Shown: in pieces, positions 61,132-64,000 of the stretch
Layout of the letters: every line of letters begins with the position of its first letter
Numbering within the stretch: the stretch's first letter is position 1
Assembly (NCBI GenBank): GCA_030704615.1
Contig: CM060734.1
Coordinates: 54,622,001 to 54,686,000, forward strand
DNA: 64,000 bases
Source of the DNA: Takakia lepidozioides
Taxonomy: Eukaryota; Plantae; Bryophyta
Direction of reading: 5' to 3'
Translations under genes and position numbers: made by a program
Notes under the pieces: model-generated
Told to the model about the DNA's origin: nothing
Database searches by the model: none
The model's input: only the letters and a program-made list of their open reading frames with translations

Positions 61132-63288
61132 TAAGGTCCCTGTTGTAAAACCATATAGTTCTACGTTGGCCTAATCACTATAGTGATTTATTCTGTTAAT
61201 CATTCTTGGGCCCTTCAGTCTGTTTGACATTCTATAATTTCTCTTCTTGATACGTTGACATGTAGAAGATCTGCTCAAGTCAGTGATGCAAATTCCCTGC
61301 CAGAGTCAGTGAGCCACAAAACTGTCAACCTCAGCTGTAGAATTGGCTTAGATTGTGTGCAATTCAGCTTTGGCCAGTTCTAGGGACATCAACCTGTACC
61401 AAAGATAAGAGCATCTCCAGAGGAGTAACCCTCTTTTTCCACCTTCAAAGGAGTATTCTCTGTTGTAATTATCCATTGGGTCTTTTTGTCAGTTCGATTC
61501 TAGTGGATACGAACCACATTAGAAAGATATACCTATTTGAGTTCACATTTCTGGATGAGCAGGTTTTGCTGTGTCAATGAGACAGATTGGTTACATGGTA
61601 ACTGTCCAATGTCTAGGATGATCTTACAGCATACAGGTTTCACACCTCGGTCTACTCCAACACAGGCCAATGATTAGCTTGTTAGAGGTGGCACCTCAAT
61701 ACGGGATGATTAGCTTGTTAGACAGAGGTTAGACCTACCTAGTCTCCATGTCATGGTTAGAGTCTACATCCTCTGTAAGTAGGTCTCCCAACATCTGGAC
61801 ATGGGGTCCCCAATAGGATACCATCTTAAAAGGATGTAGACTGTAACACTGGACAGTTACCATGATGTAACCACTCTGTTACATTGACACAGCAAAACCT
61901 CTGTAATACTCACAAGTTTTCATAAAATGAGTTGACTGTCCATAAACCCTGGAACTGTCAAATAAACTAATTATGACTGGAAGCTTCCATTGGCAATGTA
62001 GTTGTAGGTCTCACGCGTCAGTGAAGCTATTACATCTTGATCTTCTTCACTGTTTGGAGAACCCCTTCAACAAATTCCTGTATTGACTTTCTGAGTCCTT
62101 TTTTTCCCTTGGCTGGAACTTCCTTTCTACATCTGTGTGAACACAGCTGTTTGATCAAGACTGTCCCAAGCATGGACCACGCTGTATTTACTTCTAGTTT
62201 TCACCTGGACTAGAACAAGCATTCTCTTCTCCCCTAAAATCACACACAAACATCAAATCCAGTCCCATGCAATTGTCATTCCAGTGTGGAATACCAATGT
62301 GAGTGTAGTTTATCATTATCAACTTCCAAGGTATAAACTATAAACATCCAATCTTGATAGCATGTAAGCTCTCTCCACTCATCTTTTATGCCCCATCACC
62401 TTAATTGTTCATTTCAAAGCATGGGTTGATAAAGCTGAAACTACACGCACGCCGGTGTTCCACACTGGAGATGACAATTGGAGCAAGAGATTCAGAGGAG
62501 GAATAATAGCAAGCATCTCAGCATGTGCGTGGGGCAGGATTGTTTTCATGCAAACTGCTGCTCCTTCCATCAAAACCTGGTGTTTTGTCAGAGTGACTCT
62601 AGTCTACTACTAACCAAATGAGAAAGATATACCTATTTTCAGTTCACATTTCTGGGTGAGAAATCTAGGTGGAAGCTTGTGTCACTTGCATTGCAAGCTT
62701 CACTTAACTGGGATACAAGGGTCAGGATTCTGATGGGTATATATATTCTCTCTCTCTCTGACCTGCAGAACAGAAACATCAAATCTGCAGTCATCAACAT
62801 TTGCAGCTTCTGTTTGGCTGGGAAGGGTTCTAAGCATGCAGGGTTTCATTTCAAAAATAGAAGCAGCTAAAATCGTAAATTCTCCACGGTGTTTCATTGG
62901 GACCAACTAGAAGGGACGAAGGAGACAAGCTAGTTTGCTAGCCACTATTAATACGGAGGAGATCCTGCCATTCAGGATCAGGATTTCAAGGTCTATGTTG
63001 TTTCTGGGATTCCGCACCAAATTGCCCTTACTGGGTAGAAACCTGCCAGATACGAAGCTAAGATAAGCTAAAATAAGGAGAGATGAATTGTGCCAAGTGA
63101 ACAGCCAATATTGTAAACTTGCAGTCAAAACTCATTTAGCAGAATAAGAATTGTTGATACAAACTCCATAGAGAATACACCACTTCAAACAACTTATGCT
63201 AACATATACAACATAACTGTACAAGCATTATGCTAAAAACCCACACAACACCGAAATCTCACATCATGCTACAAACCACCTGTTCCTG

Positions 63289-63688
63289 CTAGTGTGACGG
63301 CTGTGGGTCTTTTCCACATCTCATGAGGGCATGAGTGAGCATCATGTTACCACGGCGCAAAGTCTCAGCGGCACGACCCACCAAAGGAACTTTCACTGTT
63401 TTCCTGTTCCACAGTGGCTTGTTGTTCCACCTGTCACACCTCATGCTTTGTGAGATTTCACTGAGGAGAGAACATTTCAATACTTTCAGACTTCAATAAA
63501 ATAAATTCTGCAGTTTTGGGAGATACTATCAATTTATTTTATATTGAAGTCATGGAAAACATGAGTTATCAGAAGGTCAGGTATGCTCATCCACAACAAT
63601 ATGCAGCTAGCAAGATGATCCCATGATATGTAAGGTCAGAAAGGAAAGCTCACCAATCTTCATGGCGCACCACTTTCCCGTCTTCAAC
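63289..63688 (-). CDS. Last two exons of an NTF2/SnoaL-like family protein (63654-63688, 63289-63430)
   Basis: VEDGKVVRHEDW|WNNKPLWNRKTVKVPLVGRAAETLRRGNMMLTHALMRCGKDP, with an in-phase GT-AG intron. Matches the C-terminus of plant NTF2-family proteins. Confidence 0.8.
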
Positions 63689-64000
63689 CTGCACCCAGAA
63701 GGGCCAATATCATTATATTAATAACGCACATGGGAGGCCTTTGGACAAAGTAGAAATACACCTTAGATCCCCCAATTTGTATGATATTCTGCCAAACATG
63801 AGGAATCGCTAAAAAGAAACCAGTATCTTCCCCTGGACTTGTAGGGGATGAGATAAGGAAATGTCTTGGCCCACTTGTCTGGGTAGCACCTGGAGATTGT
63901 TTCGAAACAATGGAACTTCTTCCGTATCCCTGTCGTAATCTGTGTGAGAATTGCCTTGGAAGTTTGCTCAAAACCCTCATGAGGGGGTTTTATCCTTAGT

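Overview
Eukaryotic, intron-rich plant nuclear DNA. PARC6 and the PPR debris suggest a vascular plant, possibly a fern or lycophyte (inference). Host genes: homogentisate 1,2-dioxygenase (9 exons), PARC6/CDP1, a START/polyketide-cyclase protein, OEP7, a bromodomain protein, the 3' end of an NTF2-like gene and a tRNA-Val(TAC). Mobile DNA: a Ulp1-carrying MULE/SWIM transposon with strand-biased GCAGACT motif arrays, a deleted MULE-like element, a LINE family inserted repeatedly (once into itself) in HGO introns, a decayed hAT transposase and a clean hAT MITE with TIRs and TSD. Most notable: two highly diverged, spliced paralogs (about 20.5-26.3 kb on +, about 32.4-36.8 kb on -) of a prokaryote-like fusion of a ParB/Srx domain and a beta-class N4/N6 (amino) DNA methyltransferase domain, both with a non-canonical catalytic motif and both now damaged. 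One intron of copy 1 holds a regularly spaced array of eight 24-bp palindromes, and its first intron holds a degenerate version. The arrangement resembles a ParB/parS pair or a TE-encoded epigenetic module. Exon boundaries were read by eye.
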